NCBI GenBank assembly: GCA_035480055.1
Contig: DATIIB010000009.1
Coordinates: 149,068-213,067, forward strand
DNA length: 64,000 bases
Direction of reading: 5' to 3'
From: Candidatus Saccharimonadales bacterium
GTDB lineage: Bacteria; Patescibacteriota; Saccharimonadia; Saccharimonadales; DASZAF01
Position numbers and translations under genes: made by a program. Below, one piece after another: positions 9,621 to 18,836 of the stretch. Each line of letters begins with the position of its first letter. Positions within the stretch are counted from its first letter, which is position 1. The notes beneath the pieces were generated by a model. The model saw only the letters and a program-made list of their open reading frames with translations, ran no database searches and was not told where the DNA came from.

Positions 9621-9646
9621 AAACACTTCTCGCGAAGTGTTTTTTG
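9621..9646 (+). terminator. Rho-independent terminator after the Nudix gene
   Basis: AAACACTTC-TCGC-GAAGTGTTT followed by a T-run. Confidence 0.6.
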
Positions 9647-9688
9647 TTTGCTACAATTAAGCGTATTAAGCAAATCATAGGAGAGAAC

Positions 9689-9946
9689 ATGGCTAAGCAA
9701 ATGTGTCAAAGCTGCGGGCGTCCGCTCAAGGATGAGATAAGAGGCACGGAAGCCGACGGTTCGCCCTCAGCAATCTATTGTAACCTTTGTTACGAAAAAG
9801 GCTCATTCAAAGATCCAGGCATGACCATCGAGCAAATGCAAGCTGTCTACGTCAAAGCAATGCAAGAAATGCACTTTCCGGCCTTTATAGCTCGGCTATT
9901 CGCAAAGTCACAGCTGCCAAAGCTTACCCGCTGGCGCAGTAAATAG
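9689..9946 (+). CDS. Small zinc-ribbon domain protein
   Basis: CQSCGRPL ... YCNLCY forms CxxC...CxxC pairs. GGAGAG RBS sits 7 nt upstream of the ATG at 9689. Confidence 0.6.
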   Translation: MAKQMCQSCGRPLKDEIRGTEADGSPSAIYCNLCYEKGSFKDPGMTIEQMQAVYVKAMQEMHFPAFIARLFAKSQLPKLTRWRSK

Positions 9947-9960
9947 CATGGTACAAACTT

Positions 9961-9987
9961 AAAAATCTACCTAGCGGGTAGATTTTT
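9961..9987. terminator. Bidirectional terminator between convergent genes
   Basis: AAAAATCTACC-TAGCG-GGTAGATTTTT: an 11-bp stem flanked by A-run and T-run on both sides. Confidence 0.65.
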
Positions 9988-10010
9988 AAGGTAACGCTGC
10001 TTAGCTAAGT

Positions 10011-10427
10011 TTACTCTTTCTTGCCCGAAATATTGACCATCCATTTGATGCCAAATTTGTCTACGAGCATGCCAAAAGTGTCGCCCCACTGTGCTTTCTC
10101 GAGTGGCATTGTGATTGTGCCGCCTTCGGAAAGCTTTTCAAAGTACCCGCGAAGCTCATCCTCGTTGTCGCCACTCAGTGACATGCTAATCGAGCTTCCG
10201 GCTTGGTATTCCATACTGTTAGGAGTATCAGCCGCCATGAAGGTGATGCCATTATCAGCCTCAAGCACTGAGTGCATGATTTTATCATCTTCGCTTGGGT
10301 CCTGTGAGGCATGAAATTCTTTGAACGTGTTCAAATCCAGCTTGCCGCCAAAGACAGTTTTGTAAAATTCCATTGCCTGGCGAGTGGTGTCTTTAAAGCC
10401 GATATAAGGGTTGAGTTTGCTTTGCAT
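10011..10427 (-). CDS. VOC-family protein (PhnB/YjdN-like glyoxalase fold)
   Basis: NPYIGFKDTTRQAMEFYKTVFGG ... IMHSVLEADNGITFMAADTP ... WGDTFGMLVDKFGIKWMVN is typical of this family. Confidence 0.8.
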   Translation of the reverse strand: MQSKLNPYIGFKDTTRQAMEFYKTVFGGKLDLNTFKEFHASQDPSEDDKIMHSVLEADNGITFMAADTPNSMEYQAGSSISMSLSGDNEDELRGYFEKLSEGGTITMPLEKAQWGDTFGMLVDKFGIKWMVNISGKKE

Positions 10428-10532
10428 AGTTATATAAATCCTCCTGAGTTAATCATACCATTTGTATATATTTATTAACTCATAATTGGGTAGCATCTCA
10501 GGCCTGAAGGTACGCATGCGCCAAGCCACCTC

Positions 10533-10561
10533 TTGTGAAAACTGCCAAAATCAGCTAAAAT
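10533..10561 (+). promoter_or_regulatory. Putative promoter for tRNA-Thr(GGU)
   Basis: TTGTGA-N17-TAAAAT, ending 13 nt before the tRNA 5' end. Confidence 0.45.
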
Positions 10562-10574
10562 ATAACCCTGTAAC

Positions 10575-10649
10575 GCCCCGATAGCTCAGTGGTAGAGCAC
10601 CACCATGGTAAGGTGGGGGTCCCGGGTTCAAATCCCGGTTGGGGCTCCA
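10575..10649 (+). tRNA. tRNA-Thr (anticodon GGU), CCA encoded
   Basis: Acceptor GCCCCGA/TTGGGGC, D arm GCTC-AGTGGT-AGAGC, anticodon stem CCACC/GGTGG with loop AT-GGT-AA, T arm CCGGG-TTCAAAT-CCCGG. Confidence 0.95.
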
Positions 10650-10663
10650 TTTTGCAAAACGAA

Positions 10664-10699
10664 AGAAAACGACTATGCTTCACAGCGTAGTCGTTTTCT
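10664..10699. terminator. Hairpin terminator shared by tRNA-Thr (+) and the GH16 gene (-)
   Basis: AGAAAACGACTATGC-TTCACA-GCGTAGTCGTTTTCT: a 15-bp stem with one G-U pair and T-rich flanks on both strands. Confidence 0.6.
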
Positions 10700-10719
10700 T
10701 GTGAGATGCCAGATGCTAT

Positions 10720-12195
10720 CTAGCTCTGTGCGTAACAAGTCACCCAGTCCAGATCCAGTTGGACCGATGCACCGTTCGCGGCATATGGAGCAGCCAGCGC
10801 TGATTCGTTTTGCAACAGCCAGTCCATGGCGACATTTGGCACTCCGCGAGTTGTAGAGCCAATCTGCTTGCCATCAAGCAAGAACTTGAGCTCGTTTGGC
10901 TTCCACTCAATGCTGGTAGTGTGCCAGTCGGTCCACTTGGCATGAGCGTTGTAGGAAAGCTCGGCGCCTCCATGTACAAAGGCACTGATGCCTTCGGCAT
11001 ATTCGCCGCCAGCTTCTGGGTAGTCTATTTCGAATTGATTGACGTTAAATTCATGCGCGCTTTTGAAACCTTTGTCGTAATGGCTGAGTCTGAAGCGTTC
11101 AGTAAATAAGCCATACTTGCGGTTCATACACCCACGTGGCACCAAAGTTGCGGTGTGGTTGACGCCACCCTTTGATGGTCGGTACATATGAATGTGCATT
11201 GCCCCGTTATTAACTGACACAGTGTCTTCGGGGTGATATTCGCCGCCCACCGATGGTTTGTAGGGAAGAGGACAGCCACCCTTATTTGGACCATTCAAGC
11301 GGCACTCTTGAGCTGTATCAGGCCAGCCGGTCGGATAGGCCCACCAGTTGTTGTAATAGCTTCCATACGACTTCAGACCGCTACAAAGTGCCGCTGAGGG
11401 TGACTCGCTCGCGCTACAGCCGCTAAAAGCGCCTTGCGGAACGGTGCCCGTAAAGTCATCGGCAAAGATCTGCCGCCACCCAGTCATGTTCCCAACCGGC
11501 ATAGCCTGCCCAGATGGCGCATTGCTTGTGCCACCGCCACCGGTTGAAGGTGGAGGAGTCGGCGTGGGCGTGGGAGTAGGTGTCGGCGTTGCACTCGCTG
11601 TTCTGACCCATTTTTGAACCGTAGCCGCAGTACAGACGTCCATACTGAGTGGATCGCCACTTTTGCTTGCACTTGCTGGACCACTTATACAAAGTCCGGA
11701 GTGCGGATTTTTGAGTGAGCCATCGGCTTGTATCACCCATTCTTGGGCATTAGTCTGATTACACTGCCACAGCCAAACAGGAGTGCCCACGCTGGTACCA
11801 GAGTATTTTACGTCCAGACAGAATGTTGAACCGCCAATGCGGATCGTTCTGTCTTCGTTAGCCATTGCGCCGTTATGAATGCTCCACTTTTGGGCAGCCG
11901 TTTGGTTGCAAGGGTATAGCCACACCTGATTCTGCGATTTGCGAGAATTCTTTTTATCGTCCAGACATTTACTGCTGCTGCCCTTAAACTCATAGGTCGT
12001 TACCGAGCTTGCTGGGGCTGCCTTTCCTGCTACCAGATAGATGCCTGAGAGCAGCACGATGACCCCTGCAAAAGCACTACTCAAGAATTTAAACTTTTGT
12101 GAAATGACTTTTCCAGAAGAGGAAGATCTTTTCTTGGTTTTGGAGCGAGCCGCTTTGGAGACTGACGCTTTAGACTGTTTTTTGTTTTGGGACAT
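10720..12195 (-). CDS. Membrane-anchored ricin-B-lectin / GH16-like glycoside hydrolase
   Basis: Basic N-terminus plus TM (FAGVIVLLSGIYLVAG). Ricin-type repeats carry Q-x-W motifs (CNQTAAQKW, CNQTNAQEW, TVQKW). A PT linker (TPTPTPTPTPTPPP) follows. The C-terminal domain has the E-x-D-x-x-E motif FEIDYPE characteristic of GH16. Confidence 0.8.
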   Translation of the reverse strand: MSQNKKQSKASVSKAARSKTKKRSSSSGKVISQKFKFLSSAFAGVIVLLSGIYLVAGKAAPASSVTTYEFKGSSSKCLDDKKNSRKSQNQVWLYPCNQTAAQKWSIHNGAMANEDRTIRIGGSTFCLDVKYSGTSVGTPVWLWQCNQTNAQEWVIQADGSLKNPHSGLCISGPASASKSGDPLSMDVCTAATVQKWVRTASATPTPTPTPTPTPPPSTGGGGTSNAPSGQAMPVGNMTGWRQIFADDFTGTVPQGAFSGCSASESPSAALCSGLKSYGSYYNNWWAYPTGWPDTAQECRLNGPNKGGCPLPYKPSVGGEYHPEDTVSVNNGAMHIHMYRPSKGGVNHTATLVPRGCMNRKYGLFTERFRLSHYDKGFKSAHEFNVNQFEIDYPEAGGEYAEGISAFVHGGAELSYNAHAKWTDWHTTSIEWKPNELKFLLDGKQIGSTTRGVPNVAMDWLLQNESALAAPYAANGASVQLDLDWVTCYAQS

Positions 12196-12392
12196 AGACG
12201 ATTCCTCTTATGCACTTTAAGCTGTAGTATAGCTGTAAAGACGCAGAAAAGCCATAAACATTTACAACAGCGCACCACTATCTCCAATGTAGGGACAGAG
12301 GTGACAGCACCCATGATTTTTGCTATAGTGGTCGTGGCAAGAAATAGTTGCGCAGATTGAGTCGCATTCTCATTGCTGTTTCGACTAAAATC

Positions 12393-12401
12393 TGTTACAA
12401 T
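12393..12401 (+). promoter_or_regulatory. Possible extended -10 element for rpmG
   Basis: TGTTACAAT lies 27 nt upstream of the rpmG ATG. Confidence 0.35.
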
Positions 12402-12428
12402 TATCTAAACTTTTAGGAATTATTACAT

Positions 12429-12620
12429 ATGGCGAAGAAAACTAAATCCAAGAAAAAAGGCAACGTTGCAGTTGTCACTTTGCAGTGTATCATTGACGGC
12501 AAACACCGCGTACAAACTCGCAAAAACACCAAGAACACTCCTGATCCTTTGGTGCTCCGAAAATATAACAGCAACCTGCGCGAAGTTACTGAGCATAAAG
12601 AGATTAAAACCAAAAAATAG
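12429..12620 (+). CDS. rpmG: 50S ribosomal protein L33 (Cys-poor form)
   Basis: VTLQC...TRKNTKNTPDPLVLRKYNSNLREVTEHKEIK matches L33. Only one Cys remains in place of the CxxC...CxxC zinc knuckles. Confidence 0.85.
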   Translation: MAKKTKSKKKGNVAVVTLQCIIDGKHRVQTRKNTKNTPDPLVLRKYNSNLREVTEHKEIKTKK

Positions 12621-12640
12621 TCCAACGACTTGTACAATCA

Positions 12641-12667
12641 CTACGCCTCCCGGGGCGTAGTTTTTTT
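12641..12667. terminator. Rho-independent terminator after rpmG
   Basis: CTACGCC-TCCCGG-GGCGTAG followed by T7. It abuts the stop of the convergent gene at 12666. Confidence 0.7.
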
Positions 12668-13367
12668 ATGCCTCGGGACCGTCCTGCGGAATATCAGTGT
12701 GTTGCAACATCGCCGCGTCCAGGTGCTTCGCCAACCACAATGCTTCGCGAAGTAGCTCCTGCATCAAAAGAAGCGTCACCCGTGATTGCGAGGTATAGAC
12801 AATCAGCTGATCATCGAACATCTCAACATCAAACCCTTTAAAATGCTGCGTCATGGCGGTCATAATTTCTGGCGAAAGAATCGAAGGAATTTCGTCCAGC
12901 CCATCTGCCACGCTGAACACTCGAAAATTGTGCGCAAACGATTGGTGAGGAATAAGTTCGGGACTTAGTTGCTGAAAGTTTGCCAGTTTGATTTGCACAT
13001 TATCAAAGAAAAGTTGGTCGTGATGGTGCGCTGTTACTAAGACGTGAGGCACTTGACGATGATGTAAATCGATCTGCAAAATCGACCATTTGTAATGATT
13101 CGTGCCGTGCTGCGGATGAGTAAGATCAACATGCCGCTGCAACGCAGTGACATCATACCCTTTGTAATTACCGATGATAAAATGCCTGTCGTGATGATGC
13201 GTATGGAGTGTGACACCACGAACGAGCTCATACTCATCGTTCTGAGCACTAATGTTGCCAAGATACACCAGCCCAAAGCGCCGCGCAAAATCATGCATCA
13301 ATTTTTTCTCAACAATCGAACCTGCGGTTTTAATTGGCTCCTCGAGTTGCTGTAGCCATCGTTTCAT
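12666..13367 (-). CDS. Hypothetical His-rich protein, last gene of the alpha-glucan operon
   Basis: 233-aa ORF whose start overlaps the GH15 stop (ATGA). Contains His clusters (LHTHHHDRH, TAHHHDQ). No family recognised. Confidence 0.65.
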   Translation of the reverse strand: MKRWLQQLEEPIKTAGSIVEKKLMHDFARRFGLVYLGNISAQNDEYELVRGVTLHTHHHDRHFIIGNYKGYDVTALQRHVDLTHPQHGTNHYKWSILQIDLHHRQVPHVLVTAHHHDQLFFDNVQIKLANFQQLSPELIPHQSFAHNFRVFSVADGLDEIPSILSPEIMTAMTQHFKGFDVEMFDDQLIVYTSQSRVTLLLMQELLREALWLAKHLDAAMLQHTDIPQDGPEA

Positions 13368-15355
13368 GACGCCTCCTTGGTGGGCGACGCTTCTGCGCCC
13401 GAAGCCACTGGCACTGGCGGATGCGTAACGGTGTCGAGCTGCGTACTCAAATATTCCGCCTGGCTCCAGACCAATGGCGCAACCGAAACTGAGTGCCCAT
13501 TAAAGGGATTGATCTGTTCGGAAAGTACCCCAGAAGGCAACATGTGCGCCTCGGTCCAGGTGACAATGGCTTTGGATTTTTGGTGTTCATCTCGTTCCAA
13601 ATAATACTGCGCTAGCCACAGCGAGGTCACGAACCAAGGATTGCCAAGGCCTGTCGGATCAACGGCGTTATACCCGTCGTGAACGTATCGCGGTAAGCCG
13701 CTAAAATCGCCGTCCTGATTGAAGGCCTTGAGCATGGACTGGCAAGCGACAACAATTCGAGGATCGTCCATATCGAAGAGGCCAAACATAAAGGCTCCGT
13801 AAAAACTAGAGACATCGATCGTCTCATCAAACTGCAACCCGCCAGCGGTTTTAAGAAATCCCTTATGAAAGAACTTGGTGGTGTCGTTATAGAGTGTGTG
13901 TCCGGCGGTTTCTTGAATGTCATCTGCCACGGCTTGCCAGCGAATGGCGTCGTCGGGGAAATCATAGAGTTCAGCCAAACGAACGGCTGCGGTCAGTGCG
14001 GCGTACACCGCGCCAACGGTAAAGGTATGGGTTAAAAATTTTTGCTCCCATAGATCGTAGCTGGCATGAGGGAGTTTCGTATCGTGGTCAATATAGGTGG
14101 CCATAAAGTCAGCCATTGGCCGAATGAGCGTGCTGTATAGTCCGCGGACATACTCATCGTCACCGCTGAGCTGCTGGTACTGGCCAATCAAAAAGAGGAC
14201 CATCGCGGTTTCATCTTCCTGAATCGGCAACTCGGGCTTGCCATTCGCAAAGTACGGATGCCAGCTGCTGCCAAGAGCACGGTCGGCTTGGTATTTATGC
14301 ATCAGGTAGCCGTCTTCGTGCAGACCGGTACGGCAAAAATCAAAGAACGCTTTGGCTTCGTCGTGATACCCCATGCGAATCAGCGGCCATAAGGCAAAGG
14401 CAGCGTCGCGTGGCCAGCAATAGGCGTAGGCATCACGAGCGTAATGTAACATTTGTGTATCCAAAGAAGCGATCACCGCGCCGCGCCGGTCCATATGCGC
14501 TTTGATTAGCAACACGCTCTGCAAAAAGCGATCGGCTGAGGTCCGATCTTCGAGTCGCTCGGCAACCCTGGTCGCAGGCACCAGCCATTCTTGCCAGTGG
14601 CGCGCGGTGCTGGCAAAACGATCGGAAAAGCCTTTTTCTTTCACCGCATCCGAGGTTCGCAAAGCATCGGCAGTGCTCGTGCCCGCAGCAATCCAATATC
14701 GAACCTTGCCCGAAGCCTGCGGCTCAAGCTCTAACTTCAAGCGCACCACGGAATCGACATTGCCATGCTCCACTGGATTGCCCGAGAGTTCGCCATCCTC
14801 AGCATCTTTGTATGTACCTTCGCGACCTTCGATACCCCAAATCCCAATACTAAACTGATCAAAAGGCGAGCCATTCTCGTGCTCGGCGCGCATGATAAAC
14901 ATCCGTCGCCCCTTGTAGCTCAGAATCGCATTCTGGTCAGGCAAATATTGTGCAGTGTCACCATTGCGGCTGTTACTAATCTGGAACACTTGATGCATCA
15001 TCAGCCGGATCTGTCTGGCTTGATCATGTTCGTTCACCACTGTTATTTCGCGGAGCAACACATTCATGTCAACGTCAACGCAGTCGCGGAATTCTAATCG
15101 AACGCCCAAGTGAGCATGTGCTGCGCTACTGTTACCGATTAAAGTGTCTTTTTCGTACACATGCTCAAAAACCCAACTGCCATCATCCAACCAGCTGAAG
15201 TCACCATCAACCCACACGCCAATTCGATGGCGCAGCACTTTTGAGGTCGCGTGATTCTCGAGGCCAACATACGGGTAATAAAAGTCATGCACCAACCCAA
15301 AATTGTTGATGCCGACCGCCATGGAACCGTTACTGAGAATGAGAGGTCTAGGCAT
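13364..15355 (-). CDS. Glycoside hydrolase family 15 (glucoamylase/glucodextranase-like)
   Basis: 663 aa. AYAYCWPRDAAFALWPL and the following (alpha/alpha)6-barrel-like region are typical of GH15. Confidence 0.85.
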   Translation of the reverse strand: MPRPLILSNGSMAVGINNFGLVHDFYYPYVGLENHATSKVLRHRIGVWVDGDFSWLDDGSWVFEHVYEKDTLIGNSSAAHAHLGVRLEFRDCVDVDMNVLLREITVVNEHDQARQIRLMMHQVFQISNSRNGDTAQYLPDQNAILSYKGRRMFIMRAEHENGSPFDQFSIGIWGIEGREGTYKDAEDGELSGNPVEHGNVDSVVRLKLELEPQASGKVRYWIAAGTSTADALRTSDAVKEKGFSDRFASTARHWQEWLVPATRVAERLEDRTSADRFLQSVLLIKAHMDRRGAVIASLDTQMLHYARDAYAYCWPRDAAFALWPLIRMGYHDEAKAFFDFCRTGLHEDGYLMHKYQADRALGSSWHPYFANGKPELPIQEDETAMVLFLIGQYQQLSGDDEYVRGLYSTLIRPMADFMATYIDHDTKLPHASYDLWEQKFLTHTFTVGAVYAALTAAVRLAELYDFPDDAIRWQAVADDIQETAGHTLYNDTTKFFHKGFLKTAGGLQFDETIDVSSFYGAFMFGLFDMDDPRIVVACQSMLKAFNQDGDFSGLPRYVHDGYNAVDPTGLGNPWFVTSLWLAQYYLERDEHQKSKAIVTWTEAHMLPSGVLSEQINPFNGHSVSVAPLVWSQAEYLSTQLDTVTHPPVPVASGAEASPTKEAS

Positions 15356-16577
15356 AAGCGTGTTTTCCTGTACCTATTGTATCAATTCTGACGCGTAAAT
15401 CGCGCAGGACATTCATAAAGGCGATAAATCCTTCGTAGGGCGTCTCGTATGGACTGAAGTAGGCGTGAATATCACCGTCGTTAAACCATTTGGTGCACAT
15501 GTAATAGAAGTGGTCAGACGTTTGTAGCCGGCGCCAGTCCGCAATCAGCTGCTGATCGCTGGTCGCCAGAATTTCGTTTTCCAGCTTGTAGAGGGCCGCG
15601 ATCGCCGTTTGCTGCATATCATTACCGACCCACGCCGAAAGATCCCGCTCGGTATCTGCCCAAGTAATGGTTTCGGGCACATCCACAAAGTCGCGGGCCT
15701 CGAACGTGTCGATCACTTGGCTAGGCGTGAGAAAACGATTGCCCTCAAATTGCGTAAACTCCTGCGGCAGGTGTTCCAAAAAGTCAAAAATGCCGCTTTC
15801 GCCCCATTGGTGCTCACCAAATGTTTCGTAATCCATAAATAGGTTAATCACTTCAGCTTCGTCGCTGCTCATCATCCAATGCACAAACTTTTCGGTGGTC
15901 AGCGGCCATTCACTCCACGTCCGATCCGAAAAACGAAAAGCGATATCGTCAGATAACTTGTAGTTCTTCATCAGTAATCGAATGTTGTCCGTAAAGGCCG
16001 GCCGATAGACATGATTCGCACTCCGCCACCCAAGCACCTTGCCCCAACCTTCGGTCAGAATGCCTTTATAGCCTGCCTTGTCAGCCCAATAGGCGAGGTC
16101 GTTGTTGTAACTTAGCTCGGTGTTGCGCAGGATTTTGGGCGTTTGGCCAAAGAGCTGCTTAATTTTGTCGCGGTGCATGCGTATCTGTTTTTCAAACTCA
16201 AAACGTGAGTAAAAGAAGGCAAGTGAGTGATAATACGTTTCGGCCACGATCTCAACTCGACCGGTGGCCACCAGTCCTTGAAAACTCGCCAAGGCTTCGG
16301 GCGCCCACTGCTCCAATTGTTCCAGCAGGGTGCCGGTCAGCGACAGGCTGAGGCAGAATTCGGGATGGGTCTGCAGCATTCGAAGCAAACGCTGGTTGGT
16401 TGGGATATATGATTTATCAGCAACTTTGCGCAGCACATTCTGGTTATTAAGTTGCGGATGATTTTCAGCCATATAGAAGTAGTTGTGGTCGGCTCCGGCA
16501 TCAAAAATCGAATAGTGCCGCACGCGGTACGGCTGGTGCACATGAAGATACAAGCAGATAGCTTTGGCAGCGCTCAT
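15348..16577 (-). CDS. Glycoside hydrolase family 57 (alpha-amylase / alpha-glucan-processing enzyme)
   Basis: N-terminal ICLYLHVHQPYR is the GH57 signature. Start set at the ATG at 16577, which forms an ATGA overlap with the upstream GT stop. Confidence 0.85.
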   Translation of the reverse strand: MSAAKAICLYLHVHQPYRVRHYSIFDAGADHNYFYMAENHPQLNNQNVLRKVADKSYIPTNQRLLRMLQTHPEFCLSLSLTGTLLEQLEQWAPEALASFQGLVATGRVEIVAETYYHSLAFFYSRFEFEKQIRMHRDKIKQLFGQTPKILRNTELSYNNDLAYWADKAGYKGILTEGWGKVLGWRSANHVYRPAFTDNIRLLMKNYKLSDDIAFRFSDRTWSEWPLTTEKFVHWMMSSDEAEVINLFMDYETFGEHQWGESGIFDFLEHLPQEFTQFEGNRFLTPSQVIDTFEARDFVDVPETITWADTERDLSAWVGNDMQQTAIAALYKLENEILATSDQQLIADWRRLQTSDHFYYMCTKWFNDGDIHAYFSPYETPYEGFIAFMNVLRDLRVRIDTIGTGKHAYA

Positions 16578-17812
16578 ACCACGCCAACCTTGGCTAAGTA
16601 GTTTTGTTCGTCGTACAAACGCTGGCATTTTTCGGCCACAGTGTGCCACGAAAAGTGCTGGAACTCATCACGTGCGTTGGCTTTAAGCGTAGTACGCAAA
16701 CTTTCATGTTCTGCAGTGGCCACAATGTAATTCGCGAGTTTTGGCACATCCCAATAATCAAAGGTGAGGATGTTTTTTACCACTTCGCAAATGCCAGACT
16801 GTTTGGAAACCAAGGTGACATTGCCGTAGCCCACTGCCTCGAGTGCTGAAATGCCAAATGGTTCCGAAACCGAGGACATCACAAACATATCCGCCATTTC
16901 GTACGCATCACGCAACGCTTTGCCGCGGACAAAACCGCTAAAGATAACATTTTCGGCAATCCCCAGGCTGGTACTTAACTCGATAAGCTCATGGTACTGT
17001 TCGCCAGAGCCACATAACAAAAAGAGGAGTTTTGGATTTTTACTCAGCGCATCGCGTGCCGCTCGCAAAAAATAGGTCATTCCTTTTTGGACCGTAAAGC
17101 GATTGGTACTCAGCACCACTTTGTAACCTTTTGCCTTCATGTGCGCCAGGTACGCGTAGGCATTCGCGGACGAAACAGGTTCAAAATCCTGAGGATCGAT
17201 GGCATTATGAACTACCGTTACTTTATCGGCGGGCAGGCCGTATTCGCGTACAATAATATCTTTAGTGAGCTGGCTGACCGCGACGACATGATCGGCAAGG
17301 TTCAGACCTTGTTGCTCAATCTCATGCACCAGCGGATTGCCATGATGTTCGCCCGAACGATCAAATTCAGTGGCGTGCACATGAGCAATCACTGGCACGG
17401 CAAGTTCTTTTTTGGCCGCGATAGCCGCCTCGTACGTCAGCCAGTCATGGGCATGAATCATGTCGTAGTTGCCCTTGGCGGCGATCCCTTGGACCGCTTC
17501 GGTAAATCGCGCTTGCTGTTCGCGCAGCGTTCGTGGAAGGTGAGCACTATGCGCGGAAGGCTGCGCAAAAACGGTAGTAGTAAACGAGCCACTTTCATAG
17601 GCCCCCGCAAAGGTCCGCAGCTCTTCAATAGAATAGGGCAGGGCTGGAATAACTCTCATAAAATCAATGTTGTCATGTACGGCTGCATACGGCACCGCAA
17701 AGTCAATCTCGACCCCATAAGCCGCCAACGCCTTACATAATTTATAGCAGGCGACACCCAATCCACCGCTGTTGTATGGGGGAAGTTCCCACCCCAGCAT
17801 TAGTATCTTCAT
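16574..17812 (-). CDS. GT4/GT5-type glycosyltransferase (glycogen/alpha-glucan synthase-like)
   Basis: MKILMLGWELPPYNSGGLGVACYKL is a glycogen-synthase-like N-terminus, followed by the GT-B C-terminal motif SVSEPFGISALEA. Confidence 0.8.
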   Translation of the reverse strand: MKILMLGWELPPYNSGGLGVACYKLCKALAAYGVEIDFAVPYAAVHDNIDFMRVIPALPYSIEELRTFAGAYESGSFTTTVFAQPSAHSAHLPRTLREQQARFTEAVQGIAAKGNYDMIHAHDWLTYEAAIAAKKELAVPVIAHVHATEFDRSGEHHGNPLVHEIEQQGLNLADHVVAVSQLTKDIIVREYGLPADKVTVVHNAIDPQDFEPVSSANAYAYLAHMKAKGYKVVLSTNRFTVQKGMTYFLRAARDALSKNPKLLFLLCGSGEQYHELIELSTSLGIAENVIFSGFVRGKALRDAYEMADMFVMSSVSEPFGISALEAVGYGNVTLVSKQSGICEVVKNILTFDYWDVPKLANYIVATAEHESLRTTLKANARDEFQHFSWHTVAEKCQRLYDEQNYLAKVGVV

Positions 17813-17873
17813 TACACCTCGTACGTGTTTATAGGCCTAAGTATAAGCGGAATAGACCTTGTGCACAAGTATC

Positions 17874-18476
17874 TTAATGAGTGTGCTTTTTGTCAGGCAT
17901 ATGTGCCATATCTATCCATAACAAAAGGAGCAGGATGGTTTCAACACTTAAAGTGATGCGCTGCAAGACTGCGCCACCGCTTTGCAGCGATAAGAGCACC
18001 ATCGCGTGCAGTCCCAAATAGACAACTACCGACCCCAACTGTAATTTAGCAATCAGCCGGTTGACTCTCCACCGCATTGTCAAAAAAGTCCCGAGCAAAA
18101 TCGCCAATACATATATAGAGCTCTCGATGCCATGCACCCAACCGATGGCGTTGAGGCTGCTGAGCTGGCAATCTTCGCAGTTGATCGCAAAGATACCATC
18201 GATGCTAATGCAAACACCCAGCACCGCAATGATCCACCGCAAATACTGCTGGCGGCGATTATCATGCCGCGCAAGCCATACCGAACCTACCAATAGCAAT
18301 CCCGCAACCACGCTGATAGCACGAAAAAGCATGGCATCAGGCTGTCCGGTCACTTCAAGCGCACTGACGAGATGCGTGCTTGGAATTCCCAGTTCAGGCG
18401 CGAGCAACCAATAATTGTTGGCGATTAATGCTGCCAGACAGAGCATAAACGCCCAACGAAAACGCGACTGTTTCAT
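17874..18476 (-). CDS. Hypothetical polytopic membrane protein
   Basis: 200-aa ORF with about 6 hydrophobic helices. No family recognised. Confidence 0.6.
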   Translation of the reverse strand: MKQSRFRWAFMLCLAALIANNYWLLAPELGIPSTHLVSALEVTGQPDAMLFRAISVVAGLLLVGSVWLARHDNRRQQYLRWIIAVLGVCISIDGIFAINCEDCQLSSLNAIGWVHGIESSIYVLAILLGTFLTMRWRVNRLIAKLQLGSVVVYLGLHAMVLLSLQSGGAVLQRITLSVETILLLLLWIDMAHMPDKKHTH

Positions 18477-18519
18477 TGGCCCATTATGCCACAGTCGCGT
18501 TGTATATGGTGGTCGTTAT

Positions 18520-18783
18520 TTAGGCGTGTGCACCGCGCCCAGTCACTGCTTTCCAAATAATCAGCAGGATCACTGCGCCGCCAATGGCTACCAGCAAACT
18601 CCAAAGATTGAAACCGGTCACTCCCGAACCACCGATCAGATGCATGATAAACCCACCAATCACTGCACCCAGGATGCCGACAATAATATTGCCGAGAGCT
18701 CCTTGCTCGTGGTTGGTGCCGGCGATCATCGAAGCGATCCAGCCCGCAAGTGCACCAAAGATTATCCAAAGAATTATACCCAT
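18520..18783 (-). CDS. GlsB/YeaQ/YmgE-family small membrane protein
   Basis: MGIILWIIFGALAGWIASMIAG...GALGNIIVGILGAVIGGFI is the typical transglycosylase-associated family sequence. Confidence 0.85.
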   Translation of the reverse strand: MGIILWIIFGALAGWIASMIAGTNHEQGALGNIIVGILGAVIGGFIMHLIGGSGVTGFNLWSLLVAIGGAVILLIIWKAVTGRGAHA

Positions 18784-18836
18784 AGCCCATCCTCCTTTTA
18801 CATTTCTATTATAAACCGGATGGCTAGAGCTGGGGA

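Noticed and set aside
11540-11600. Short tandem DNA periodicity (ggcgtgggcgtgggagtaggtgtcggcg) that might be taken for a repeat locus.
   Set aside because: It is the coding sequence of the Pro-Thr linker (TPTPTPTPTPTPPP) of the lectin-GH16 protein, not a non-coding repeat or CRISPR array.
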